In this document: piece after piece, positions 18,433-27,642 of the stretch
Numbering within the stretch: position 1 is the first letter of the stretch
How the letters are laid out: every line of letters starts with the position of its first letter
Assembly: GCA_017523725.1 (NCBI GenBank)
Contig: JAFWVY010000038.1
Coordinates: 1,487 to 65,486, forward strand
Source: Bacteroidales bacterium
GTDB taxonomy: Bacteria > Bacteroidota > Bacteroidia > Bacteroidales > UBA4181
Direction of reading: 5' to 3'
Length of the DNA stretch: 64,000 nt
Made by a program: the position numbers and the translations under genes
Notes under the pieces: model-generated
The model's database searches: none
Seen by the model: only the letters and a program-made list of their open reading frames with translations
What the model was told of the DNA's origin: nothing

Positions 18433-19638
18433 ATGAAAATATTAGTCATCAACTGCGGAAGTTCTTCCATCAAATACCAGCTCTTCGACATGGACGGTCC
18501 GACCGTCATCGCCAAGGGACTGGTCGAGAAAATCGGCCTCAGTGGTTCGCGCATCAAACACGAACGCCAGGACGGCCAGAAAATCATCGCCGAGAGCGAA
18601 ATTCCCGACCATCAGAACGGTCTGGAGAAAGTGCTGCAGCTGCTCATCAGCAAGGAGCACGGCGTCATTTCGTCGTTCGACGAAATCAACGCCATCGGCC
18701 ACCGCGTCGTGCACGGCGGCGAGAAATTCAACTCCAGCGTGCTGATCACCGACGAGGTCATCGCCAAGGTCAACGAATGCATCGACCTGGCGCCGCTGCA
18801 CAATCCGCCGAACCTCGTGGGTATCTACACCATGCAGAAACTGCTGCCGAAAGTGCCGCAGGTGGGTGTCTTTGACACGGCCTTCCATCAGACCATGCCC
18901 GAGCATGCCTACATGTATGCCCTGCCGTACGACTTGTACACCGAATACGGCGTCCGCCGATACGGCTTCCACGGCTCGAGCCACCGCTACGTTTCGCAGC
19001 GCGCCGCCGAGATACTGGGCCGCGACCTGTCCAGCCTGCGCATCGTGACATGCCACATGGGCAACGGCGGTTCCATCGCCGCCGTACAGTACGGCCGCTG
19101 CATCGACACCTCCATGGGTCTCACCCCGACCGAAGGACTGGTGATGGGCACCCGTGTCGGCGATGTTGATCCCGGCTGCCTGGCCTTCATCATGCGGCGG
19201 AAGAACCTGGATGCGGCCGGCCTTTCGCAGCTCATCAACAAGGAAAGCGGCCTGCTGGGCATCAGCGGCGTATCGTCCGACATGCGCGAAGTGTCCGAAG
19301 CCGCCAGGAACGGCAACAAGCGGGCCCGGCTGTCACTCAGCATGTTCGCCTACCGTGTCCGCAAGTACATCGGCTCATACGCCGCAGCCATGGGCGGTCT
19401 CGATGTCATCGTCTTCACGGGCGGCATCGGCGAGAACGTAGCGCCGATCCGTGCGGCTGCGGTGCAGGGACTGGAGTTCATGGGCGTGCAGCTCGACACC
19501 GAAAAGAACTCCACCATCCGCGGTGTCGAGGCGGCCATCAGCCTGCCCGAATCGAAGGTGAAAGTGCTGGTTGTGCCGACCGACGAGGAGCTGGTCATCG
19601 CCAAGGACGCCGCTGCCATTGTCTCGAAGCTGGCGTAA
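18433..19638 (+). CDS. ackA: Acetate kinase
   Basis: INCGSSSIK, GHRVVHGG, APLHNP, FDTAFH, YGFHG, FTGGIGEN, PTDEE. Confidence 0.97.
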   Translation: MKILVINCGSSSIKYQLFDMDGPTVIAKGLVEKIGLSGSRIKHERQDGQKIIAESEIPDHQNGLEKVLQLLISKEHGVISSFDEINAIGHRVVHGGEKFNSSVLITDEVIAKVNECIDLAPLHNPPNLVGIYTMQKLLPKVPQVGVFDTAFHQTMPEHAYMYALPYDLYTEYGVRRYGFHGSSHRYVSQRAAEILGRDLSSLRIVTCHMGNGGSIAAVQYGRCIDTSMGLTPTEGLVMGTRVGDVDPGCLAFIMRRKNLDAAGLSQLINKESGLLGISGVSSDMREVSEAARNGNKRARLSLSMFAYRVRKYIGSYAAAMGGLDVIVFTGGIGENVAPIRAAAVQGLEFMGVQLDTEKNSTIRGVEAAISLPESKVKVLVVPTDEELVIAKDAAAIVSKLA

Positions 19639-19644
19639 AAAACA

Positions 19645-19710
19645 TCAAGGCGTCCCAGCCTGAGGACGCCTTGAAACAGGAAGGGCGGCTCCATCAAGAG
19701 CCGCCCTTCC
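19645..19710. terminator. Two tandem stem-loops between convergent ackA and the polysaccharide locus
   Basis: TCAAGGCGTCC/GGACGCCTTGA (19645-19674) and GGAAGGGCGGCTC/GAGCCGCCCTTCC (19679-19710). Confidence 0.75.
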
Positions 19711-19725
19711 TTGTTATTAATCAAT

Positions 19726-20145
19726 TTATCTTCTCCGCCTGTGGTGCCGGCCGAACAGCCGTTTCCAGAAACTGCGGTGACGCCGGCGGGCGGGATGTCC
19801 GCTCCGGCCGGACAGCATCCGGTAGATTTCTCCCCAGTCCGGAATGCCGCCAATGTTGCAGTCGTCGATATAGACATCTGCACAGACTTTGCGCGAATCA
19901 GGCCCCTGACGGAACATCGATCCGTCGGGTGTGTCGCTGTTCACCGCATAGAATTCGAGGCCGCGTGCCCGACAGAATTCCACCGCTTCCTCCAGCAGTT
20001 TGCCTTCGCGTACCGTCCAGAGGATGATCTTGTGGCCTTCATCCGCGAGCGCCGACAGCACATCGGTGGCAAAAGGTATCTCCTTACCGATGGCAGGATA
20101 CTTATGCTCCACGATGGTTCCGTCGAAATCAACCGCGATAATCAT
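19726..20145 (-). CDS. Small HAD-superfamily phosphatase (BT0820-like)
   Basis: MIIAVDFDGTIV, ILWTVR, RKVCADVYIDD. Confidence 0.88.
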   Translation of the reverse strand: MIIAVDFDGTIVEHKYPAIGKEIPFATDVLSALADEGHKIILWTVREGKLLEEAVEFCRARGLEFYAVNSDTPDGSMFRQGPDSRKVCADVYIDDCNIGGIPDWGEIYRMLSGRSGHPARRRHRSFWKRLFGRHHRRRR

Positions 20146-20147
20146 AA

Positions 20148-22535
20148 CTAAAGGTCAGATTCCTTCTCTCCGTAACCGTAGCCGTAGCCATAGCCATAAC
20201 CATAACCATAGCCGTAGCCGTAATAGCCGTAAGCATAGTGACCGCGGCCGCGACGGGCTTCGACACTGTTCATCACGATGGCCACATTGTTCAGCTTGCC
20301 GCCACTGTAGAGCTCCTCGAGTTCGGGCAGCGTCCGGCGGTCCACCTGGCCACTGCGCAGCACGAACAGGTTGAGGTCCACCACACGGTTCACCACCGTG
20401 GAGTCGGCCACCATGTTCACCGGCACGCCGTCGAATACGATATAATCGTACGTCTTGCGCAACTGTGCGATGAGTTCGTCGAAACGTTCACGGCGCAGCA
20501 GAGCCACCGGGTTGGGCGGCACAAGACCGGCCGGGATGAAATCGACGCCTTCGACCACATCCTTGTGCAGGATGTCATCCAGTGTGAGCTGGTGGTCAAT
20601 CAGATAGTTCGACATACCCTTAGTATGGTGCTTGAGGTTCCACATGCCCGACAGCGTACGCTTGCGCAGGTCGAGGTCGATGGCCACCACCCGGCGCTGG
20701 CCGTCAGCCAGGCACGCCGCAATGTTGGATGTCACGAAACTCTTGCCGGCGCTCACATTGTACGAAATCATGCTGATGACCATCGCACCGGACTGCTTCT
20801 CACGCATGAAGTCCATGTTGGTGCACAGCATGCGGAAACTCTCCGTAAAGATGCCTTTCGAATTGCGGTCGTAAATCACCGGCGCGCCCGTCTTCTTCTG
20901 TTTCTTGAACAGTTTCTTGGGTACCCTCGGGATGTCTCCCAGGATCGGCACGTCAATTTCTTCTTCGACATCCTTGCGCGTATAGATCTTGGTATCGAGG
21001 AACAGTTTCAGCAGCAGAATCATACCGGGCACCGCCAAGGCCAGAATCACGGCGATGAGCAGCATTTTCTGGCGCGTGGGATACACCGGCATCCAGGAGC
21101 CTTCGGCTGCATCGACAACCCGGGCGTTGTTGTCCACCATGACCTGCGTCAGGGCGTTCTCCTCCCGTTTGTTGAGCAGATACACATACAACGACTCCTT
21201 GATGTTCTGCTGGCGTTCGATGGTCAGCATTTCGCGGGCACGGCTCGGCATCGATATGAAGTTCGACACCGACGACTGTTCCCTGCGCTCCGCATCCGCC
21301 TTTTTCGTGTTCAGTGAACCAATCACATTGTCTATTGCGTCAATCAGATTCTGGCGCAATGACTCGAGCGTCGCATCCAACCCTTTGACAACCGGGTTCT
21401 CCGAGCTGCTGTCGGCCCACAACCTATCCCGACGGATCTTGGTCGTGTTGTACTGGGCAATCTGCCCCTCGACCCGCGAATCATCAAAACCGGTGTTCGC
21501 CGGAATGAGTTTGTCCACATTGGCCGGATCGGCAATGTAATCGCGGATGGAATGCGCCAGACGAAGCTGTGTTTCAAGCGTGGCAATGGAGGCCGTGCTG
21601 GTACGGTATTCCGACAAATACTGCTGGGCCTCTTCCTTCGCATCCATCATCCGGTGCGACGCCTTGTACGAAGCGAGTTGCTGCTCCACGTCACCGAGTT
21701 CCTCCTGGATGATTTCGAGCCGTTCGGCAATGAATTCCGCCGTGTTCAGCACCACCTGGTTCTTCTCGGCGATGGCGTCGTCGTTGTAGGCCTCGACCAA
21801 CGTATTCAGGATGTCACAGGCACGCGCCAGCGAATAGTCCTGCATCGAAAGTCGCAGCTGCGAGGCCGCTTGATTCGTCTGTGCAATGCCGAGACGCCCC
21901 AGATAGGCAGCAGCAGCCGCGCGCGTCGTCCCCTTGGTCACCTGAATCTCCTTGCCGAACCACGATTCGTTGTAATTGCGCGTGGGAATGACGGTCACAT
22001 AGCCGAGCCGCGTCCTCACGGAATCGCCAAGCGTCAGCAAGGTGTCAGCCGGCCCGCCGAGCGTACCCAGATACACACGAACCTTGTCCACATCCACCGG
22101 CGTCACCCGGAGGGTGCCCGACGAAGTATCAATGTTCCTCCGCGGGAAGACCACCTTAACCGGTGAACTGGTATAGAGTTCCGTCCAGCGCAGCATGTCC
22201 GCCCGTCCGTAATTCACGTCGGCATCGAGCCGGCGCACCACATCGGCCATGAGTTTTTTCGAGCGGAACTGCAGAATCTCGTTCGAGAGATTCACCCGGT
22301 TGATCATCTGGTTGAACGCATCCATCCGGACCGAAGTCTGCGCCTTGCTCGGATCCTTGATGCGGATGTTCATCGTACTGCGGTACACAAACTGCGTCTT
22401 GGCATACTTATAAAGCGCCACGCCCGAAAAAACAATCAGGCACAGCAGGAAGATATACCAATAACTCAGCAGATACCGGAACAAATCGACCAGGTTGATC
22501 GACTTTTCCTGTCCTTTTTTATTCTCTTCGGGCAT
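20148..22535 (-). CDS. wzc: Polysaccharide co-polymerase / BY-kinase
   Basis: Two TM segments around a coiled periplasmic region, ESFRML, Walker A SAGKS, DLDLRK, YIVFDG.P, C-terminal Tyr cluster. Confidence 0.93.
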   Translation of the reverse strand: MPEENKKGQEKSINLVDLFRYLLSYWYIFLLCLIVFSGVALYKYAKTQFVYRSTMNIRIKDPSKAQTSVRMDAFNQMINRVNLSNEILQFRSKKLMADVVRRLDADVNYGRADMLRWTELYTSSPVKVVFPRRNIDTSSGTLRVTPVDVDKVRVYLGTLGGPADTLLTLGDSVRTRLGYVTVIPTRNYNESWFGKEIQVTKGTTRAAAAAYLGRLGIAQTNQAASQLRLSMQDYSLARACDILNTLVEAYNDDAIAEKNQVVLNTAEFIAERLEIIQEELGDVEQQLASYKASHRMMDAKEEAQQYLSEYRTSTASIATLETQLRLAHSIRDYIADPANVDKLIPANTGFDDSRVEGQIAQYNTTKIRRDRLWADSSSENPVVKGLDATLESLRQNLIDAIDNVIGSLNTKKADAERREQSSVSNFISMPSRAREMLTIERQQNIKESLYVYLLNKREENALTQVMVDNNARVVDAAEGSWMPVYPTRQKMLLIAVILALAVPGMILLLKLFLDTKIYTRKDVEEEIDVPILGDIPRVPKKLFKKQKKTGAPVIYDRNSKGIFTESFRMLCTNMDFMREKQSGAMVISMISYNVSAGKSFVTSNIAACLADGQRRVVAIDLDLRKRTLSGMWNLKHHTKGMSNYLIDHQLTLDDILHKDVVEGVDFIPAGLVPPNPVALLRRERFDELIAQLRKTYDYIVFDGVPVNMVADSTVVNRVVDLNLFVLRSGQVDRRTLPELEELYSGGKLNNVAIVMNSVEARRGRGHYAYGYYGYGYGYGYGYGYGYGYGEKESDL

Positions 22536-22544
22536 GACAGTCTT

Positions 22545-23342
22545 TTATCTGAAAATCCACCAACAGATAGAGGCAACTGCAGAAACAGTGGAAAGAACCA
22601 CCGAAAGCATGCGTAAGGCCAGGTCGCTGTCGGCATCCAGCTTGGATTTACGCGGCGTGGCGTAAATGATGTCGCCCTGCTGCAGATTGAACACCGGCGA
22701 ATTGAACAGTTCCATGGAATAGAGGTTGACCTCGTAGGCTTTTCGAACCATCCCTTCGGTCCTGATAACCAGCAGTCTTCCCCGGTTTGCAGCTGTTGAA
22801 AGGTCGCCGGCCTTTACGATGGCTTGCAGCAAGTTCAGCCGCCCGTCCTCTGCCGACAGCATCGTCGGTCCGGTTTCACCAAAAGCTATGACCTTGAAAT
22901 TGGTCAAGGAAACCGTCACAATGGGCTCTTGAATGTAGCCATTTTCTATAATGGCGTTGCTGATCAGTTCCTTGATTTCATCGATGGTCAGATCGATGAC
23001 ATGCAGCGTACCCAGAAACGGCAGTTCGATATCGCCTTTGTTATCTACGAGATAGCCCTTACTTTCCTCAGATGAATCGACACTGGTCACGAGTTCACCG
23101 TTTTCCGAGGACACGCTGAAACTACCGGTCATGACGTTGAACGGCACCGCCAGTTCAGCGCGGGTCGCATAAATCATGATGGACAAACGGTCGCCCGGAT
23201 GGACGACCAGTTCCTCGACCGGCTGCACCGGATACAGGTCGCCTACGACCAGATCCTGCATATACGTCAACTTACGCTGCGTGGCGCAAGAAGAAAGCAG
23301 CACCGCCGCCACGAGCGATGCCAGTGCGATACGCATTCTCAT
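22545..23342 (-). CDS. wza: Polysaccharide export lipoprotein
   Basis: Lipobox LLSSC, PGDRLSI, YLVDNKGDIELPFLG, SLBB-like region, LQQGDIIY. Confidence 0.88.
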   Translation of the reverse strand: MRMRIALASLVAAVLLSSCATQRKLTYMQDLVVGDLYPVQPVEELVVHPGDRLSIMIYATRAELAVPFNVMTGSFSVSSENGELVTSVDSSEESKGYLVDNKGDIELPFLGTLHVIDLTIDEIKELISNAIIENGYIQEPIVTVSLTNFKVIAFGETGPTMLSAEDGRLNLLQAIVKAGDLSTAANRGRLLVIRTEGMVRKAYEVNLYSMELFNSPVFNLQQGDIIYATPRKSKLDADSDLALRMLSVVLSTVSAVASICWWIFR

Positions 23343-23346
23343 GAGA

Positions 23347-24066
23347 CTACAGCCGGCACTGGACACCGAGGCTCAGCATGCCGCGGAAGTCCATTGATAT
23401 ACCGCCCTTCAGGCCGTTGAAATTGTCGCCGTAGAATTCGCCGCAGAAGTCGGCGTAGATGCTTACCTTGTCGTTCAGGTCGTACTGGGGAATGAAACCG
23501 ATGCGGAAGGCCGGCACATGGTGCGACCAGCCGTGCTCCTGCCAGGGATGCCAGGCATACTGTTCGTTCTCACCCTCGGGAACACCATACATGGTGTCGG
23601 CAAAGCCGTAGGTGTGTGCACCGCCGATACCCGCATAGACTTTCGGGGTCCATTTGAACGTGGGAGCCGGAATCGAGAAGATGGCGTCGGCAAAGATGCT
23701 CAAACTCTTGAATTCATACGGATAATAATGCGGGATGTAAGGGCTGAACGGATGGGTCTGGTCGGTGTTGCCGGCCGAAGCGTTCTTGCCGTATTCTACC
23801 ATCACGCGGGCCGCCCATTTCGGCGAAAAAGTGTAACCAAGCGCCAGGCCAGCCTGCAGGGAAAACAGTTCTTCCGTTTCATGATTGTCACCATAGGTCC
23901 AGGTATTCTCGTTTGCAGAGACGAGCGCACCGCCCTGCAATGCAATGAAGAATCCCTTTTCGCCGCCCTGCGAGCCCAACGAAACAGCGCTGATCGGCTC
24001 GGTCTGCGCAAACAACATGGCTGCCGAAGCGGCAAACATCATGACAGTCAAAAATAACTTTCTCAT
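23347..24066 (-). CDS. Outer-membrane beta-barrel protein (OmpA-like membrane domain)
   Basis: Signal peptide, FFIALQGG, alternating aromatic strands, LGYTFSPKWAAR, terminal LSLGVQCRL. Confidence 0.7.
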   Translation of the reverse strand: MRKLFLTVMMFAASAAMLFAQTEPISAVSLGSQGGEKGFFIALQGGALVSANENTWTYGDNHETEELFSLQAGLALGYTFSPKWAARVMVEYGKNASAGNTDQTHPFSPYIPHYYPYEFKSLSIFADAIFSIPAPTFKWTPKVYAGIGGAHTYGFADTMYGVPEGENEQYAWHPWQEHGWSHHVPAFRIGFIPQYDLNDKVSIYADFCGEFYGDNFNGLKGGISMDFRGMLSLGVQCRL

Positions 24067-24120
24067 TTTCAATTTTATTTTATGTGGTTATTGTCAAAAA
24101 AAGTCCTTTTTATCAAGCCG

Positions 24121-24128
24121 CAAATATA
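24121..24128 (-). promoter_or_regulatory. Internal -7 box (TATATTTG) for the barrel-wza-wzc-HAD genes
   Basis: Reverse complement of CAAATATA in an AT-rich 105-bp gap. Confidence 0.6.
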
Positions 24129-24171
24129 TATATTTTTTCGTATGCAAAGACTATTTCAAATTTTCACTGAA

Positions 24172-25314
24172 TTATTTTTCAGTCAACTTGCGATATAGGC
24201 GCAGCACCGCCGCCGTCATGGCCTCCAAGGTGAAGAGTTCTTCGTAGCGGCGGCGGGCCCGCTCCGCATAGGCAGCCCGTGTTTCCGGATTGTCAGCCAC
24301 GGCGCACAGGGCTTCGGCCAACGCCCGGGGATCCTCCGGAGGCGCGTTCAGTCCCGACACGCCGGCGGCATTCACCCAAGAAACGCCCGAGCCGGGAATC
24401 TCCGTGGCCACCACCGGCCGTCCCGCACTCATGGCCTCGATCTGCGCGATGCAGAAGGCCTCGGTTTTCCAGATGGAACTCACGGCATAGACATCACAAC
24501 CCGAGAAATACGACGGCAGATCCTCATCGGCCACATAGCCGGCCAGCCGCACACGGTCTGTCAGGCCTTCGTGGTCGATCTGTGCCTGCAACTCCGTCCG
24601 GAGCGGTCCTTCGCCGCCGATGGTGAGCCGATAGTAATCGGGCAGATACTTCATGGCCTCGATGAGGTAACGGTATCCCTTATACGACACCAACCGGCCG
24701 ATGGAGAAGATGGTCCGGGAACCGGGATCGGGCTGCTTCGTGCCCGCCGGCATCGGATGGATGCCGATAGGCACATAGGTCGTCTTATGCTGGAAATCCG
24801 CCAGCCAGGGCGACTCTGCCACATAGACCGGCGTAGTGCCGACAATCAGGGTGGCCCGCTTGCAGAGCCAACGCTGCAGCGGCTGGTAGAATTTCAGCAG
24901 AAAGCGCTGTTTAAGGATATCGCTGTGCCAGTGCAGCACCACCGGGCCGCGATAGCCGCTCAGACGCAGCGCCAATGCTGCCATCGGGTCGGGATGGTGC
25001 ACATGGATAAGGTCGTATTCGGCGGCATGGCGGCGCAGATAGCGCACCAAAGCCGGCGAAAGCATCGTGGCAGCCGCCTTGCGCCAGGCCGGCACGCACA
25101 GAATACGGCCGTGCGCATTCAGCGTAATGACGCGCATCCGGCCTTCGCTGCGAGCCAACGGGCAGTCGGCGGCATCAACAGTGTCCGACGGGAGCATGCA
25201 GCAGAGCATGTCGCAGTCCACACCATGCGCCGAAAGCCCCTGCGTGAGGTCGCGCATCACTTTCTCCACCCCGCCCCTGACGGGATAGAATTTACCGAGC
25301 TGTAATACTTTCAT
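24172..25314 (-). CDS. Glycosyltransferase family 4
   Basis: GGVEK, HVHHPDP, GRLVSYKG, EAFCIAQIEAM. Confidence 0.92.
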   Translation of the reverse strand: MKVLQLGKFYPVRGGVEKVMRDLTQGLSAHGVDCDMLCCMLPSDTVDAADCPLARSEGRMRVITLNAHGRILCVPAWRKAAATMLSPALVRYLRRHAAEYDLIHVHHPDPMAALALRLSGYRGPVVLHWHSDILKQRFLLKFYQPLQRWLCKRATLIVGTTPVYVAESPWLADFQHKTTYVPIGIHPMPAGTKQPDPGSRTIFSIGRLVSYKGYRYLIEAMKYLPDYYRLTIGGEGPLRTELQAQIDHEGLTDRVRLAGYVADEDLPSYFSGCDVYAVSSIWKTEAFCIAQIEAMSAGRPVVATEIPGSGVSWVNAAGVSGLNAPPEDPRALAEALCAVADNPETRAAYAERARRRYEELFTLEAMTAAVLRLYRKLTEK

Positions 25315-26533
25315 ACAATTTTATATAAGCCTCGTAACGGTCCTGCTTGCGGAAATGCGCCAAAGCATAGGACCGGCAGGTGTCACGCCAGGCTTCCGGG
25401 CCGGTGGATGCAGTATGACGCGCCCTCTCCAGCATGCCCGCCACATCGCCCTGCGGCACCACGTAACCGGTACCGTCGGTCACTGCCTCGACACTGCCGC
25501 CTGTCCGGTAGGTCACCACCGGCGTGCCCGAGGCCATGGCCTCCATGTTCACCGTCGGATAGTTGTCCTGCCAGGTCGGATTGACCAGGGCCGCAGCCGT
25601 CGCATATAACGCCGACAACTCCCCGACATCGGCGGTCCGGCTCACCGGGATTACCTGCGGCGGCAGTTTCGTGGCCGTCTGCCGGTCGACGCCCACCATC
25701 ACCAGCACCTCGTCCGGCCGGAGCATGCCCGCCATGCGGACCAAGTCGTCCAGCCCCTTCTCCGGACTCCAGATGCTGGCCACGGCCAACAGCACAGAGC
25801 GGTCGCCGAGCCTGTATTTTTCGCGCACCTTCCGACAGGCTGCCGCATCGTGCGGACAGAATACCTCGGTGTCGATGCCGTTGGGAATCACCTCATAACG
25901 ATAGCCGCCCATGAAAGAACGGGCCATTTCACCCCGCAACCATTCCGACACGGGCACGATGGTCAGCCGGTCGGTCGGCATTGCCGTGAAGGCGGCACGT
26001 TTGTCCTCGAAATTACGCCGGGAGCGGTCGATGAACCAACTCGCCGGGAAGCGGCAGCGCTGGGGACAGGTGTGACAGTGCGACTGCCAACGGTCGCAGC
26101 CGACCGCCGAATAATAATAGCAATGCCCCGTATAGAGCCAGCAGTCGTGCACCGTCCAGACCACCGGCACACCGCAATGGACCAGATAGTCGAACAGTAT
26201 CTTGTAATTCAGGAAATAGCCGTGAAGATTGTGCAGGTGGATGACATCCGGTGCCATATGGTCTATCTGGCGCACCAGCCGGCGCGTGGCAGCCGCAGAC
26301 CCCAGTCCGTGCGCATCACACAGCCGCGTCAACAGACCATGAAACGCCACATCGGCCTTCCCTCCTACCGGGATTTTCTGCGAACGGCAGGCGATGTCGC
26401 CGTCGCGCCCGGCACTGTAAGCCACATAGCTCTCCCAACCGTGCGCCATGGCCACCTCGCCGATTTCCTGCACGATACGTCCAGTGGACGTATTGGTCCT
26501 CAGGACAGGATTGATCTGAAGCAGTCTTCCCAT
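25292..26533 (-). CDS. Glycosyltransferase family 4 (WcaC-like)
   Basis: Start MGRLLQINPV..STGRI, IHLHNLHG, WTVHDCW, DNYPTVNMEAMASGTPV. Confidence 0.9.
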   Translation of the reverse strand: MGRLLQINPVLRTNTSTGRIVQEIGEVAMAHGWESYVAYSAGRDGDIACRSQKIPVGGKADVAFHGLLTRLCDAHGLGSAAATRRLVRQIDHMAPDVIHLHNLHGYFLNYKILFDYLVHCGVPVVWTVHDCWLYTGHCYYYSAVGCDRWQSHCHTCPQRCRFPASWFIDRSRRNFEDKRAAFTAMPTDRLTIVPVSEWLRGEMARSFMGGYRYEVIPNGIDTEVFCPHDAAACRKVREKYRLGDRSVLLAVASIWSPEKGLDDLVRMAGMLRPDEVLVMVGVDRQTATKLPPQVIPVSRTADVGELSALYATAAALVNPTWQDNYPTVNMEAMASGTPVVTYRTGGSVEAVTDGTGYVVPQGDVAGMLERARHTASTGPEAWRDTCRSYALAHFRKQDRYEAYIKLYESITAR

Positions 26534-27642
26534 TTTTTCATCACCGATTCTTCGGAATAGCCGGCAGCAGTTTCCAAAGCAGCTGACGCCTGCGCCTGCC
26601 GGAGCGGCAGATTGTTCATCAAGCACAGAAGGGCATCCTTCAGGCCGTCCAGGTCGCCGTCCGGCACGACAAATCCGTTGACACCATTGCGGATAAGGTC
26701 GGCCGGTCCGCACTTGAAACCGAACGACACCACCGGCAGGCCGCAGGCCATGGCCTCGAGCATCACCATCGGCAGGCCTTCGTAATGCGAAGTCATCACC
26801 AGCATGGCGCTGCGCACGTATTCGCGTCCGATATCGGTCACCGGCGCATGCAGCGCCACCGATCCGGATATCCCGGCTGTGTCTATCTGATGCTGCAACC
26901 GGTCGCGCCACGGCCCCTGGCCGAAAATGTCGAGCCGCCAGTCTCCTCCCGGCCAGGCCGGATCCCGCGTAACGGCCGCCCAGACCGCAATCAGCCGGTC
27001 GAAACTTTTCTGGTAGTCGAGCCGCCCGACCGCAATCACCCGGTGCACTGAAACATCGGCCGGTGTATCCGAAAGCGCCTCGGCGGCATTCGGAATCACG
27101 CAGATATTGGGCATATCGCCCCAGTCGCACCGATCTTCACGGGTAAGCACCACAAAACGGTCGAAACGCTGCGCGAGCCGGCGGTCCTGCCAGGTCCGGA
27201 AGCGGTCGGCCAGTCCCAGGATACCGGTCCGGCCATACTGCAGCCGGAAATAGCGTCCGAAGTGCAGTTCCAGAATCTTCTTGCTGCCGTCGCGGAGGTC
27301 CGGCAAGAACGACGATTCAGAAGGAAACAGCGAAACGACGATGTCGGCCCGTTCGCGGCCAAGCAGTTCGGCCAGCCGGCGGTGGTGCAGCCGGCGCTTG
27401 CGGAAATAACTTGCAATCTTGGCGAGTGCCGGGCGGTCGTTGTCGTCGCTGTAGTTGATGTCCAGATCGACCATGCGGACAGTTTCTGGGAACACATAGA
27501 ACGGCGGACGTCCATGGGCATCGGTCGTCACAATCAGCAGTTCGTATCCTCCACATGCCGACAGCCAGCGCACCTTGTGCAGCAGCACGCGTTCCATGCC
27601 GCCGGGGTTGCAGAGCGAATGGATGAGATAGACGATTTTCAT
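26500..27642 (-). CDS. Glycosyltransferase family 4 (AmsD-like)
   Basis: PGGMERV, GRLDYQK, SHYEGLPMVMLEAM. Confidence 0.92.
   Translation of the reverse strand: MKIVYLIHSLCNPGGMERVLLHKVRWLSACGGYELLIVTTDAHGRPPFYVFPETVRMVDLDINYSDDNDRPALAKIASYFRKRRLHHRRLAELLGRERADIVVSLFPSESSFLPDLRDGSKKILELHFGRYFRLQYGRTGILGLADRFRTWQDRRLAQRFDRFVVLTREDRCDWGDMPNICVIPNAAEALSDTPADVSVHRVIAVGRLDYQKSFDRLIAVWAAVTRDPAWPGGDWRLDIFGQGPWRDRLQHQIDTAGISGSVALHAPVTDIGREYVRSAMLVMTSHYEGLPMVMLEAMACGLPVVSFGFKCGPADLIRNGVNGFVVPDGDLDGLKDALLCLMNNLPLRQAQASAALETAAGYSEESVMKKWEDCFRSILS

Noticed and set aside
20169-20237. Hexamer repeat as CRISPR array or phase-variation tract
   Set aside because: In-frame coding repeat with synonymous variation and no spacers.
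26534-27130. N-terminal extension of the 612-aa ORF
   Set aside because: Out-of-frame overlap with the upstream GT4; recognisable protein begins at Met 26533.
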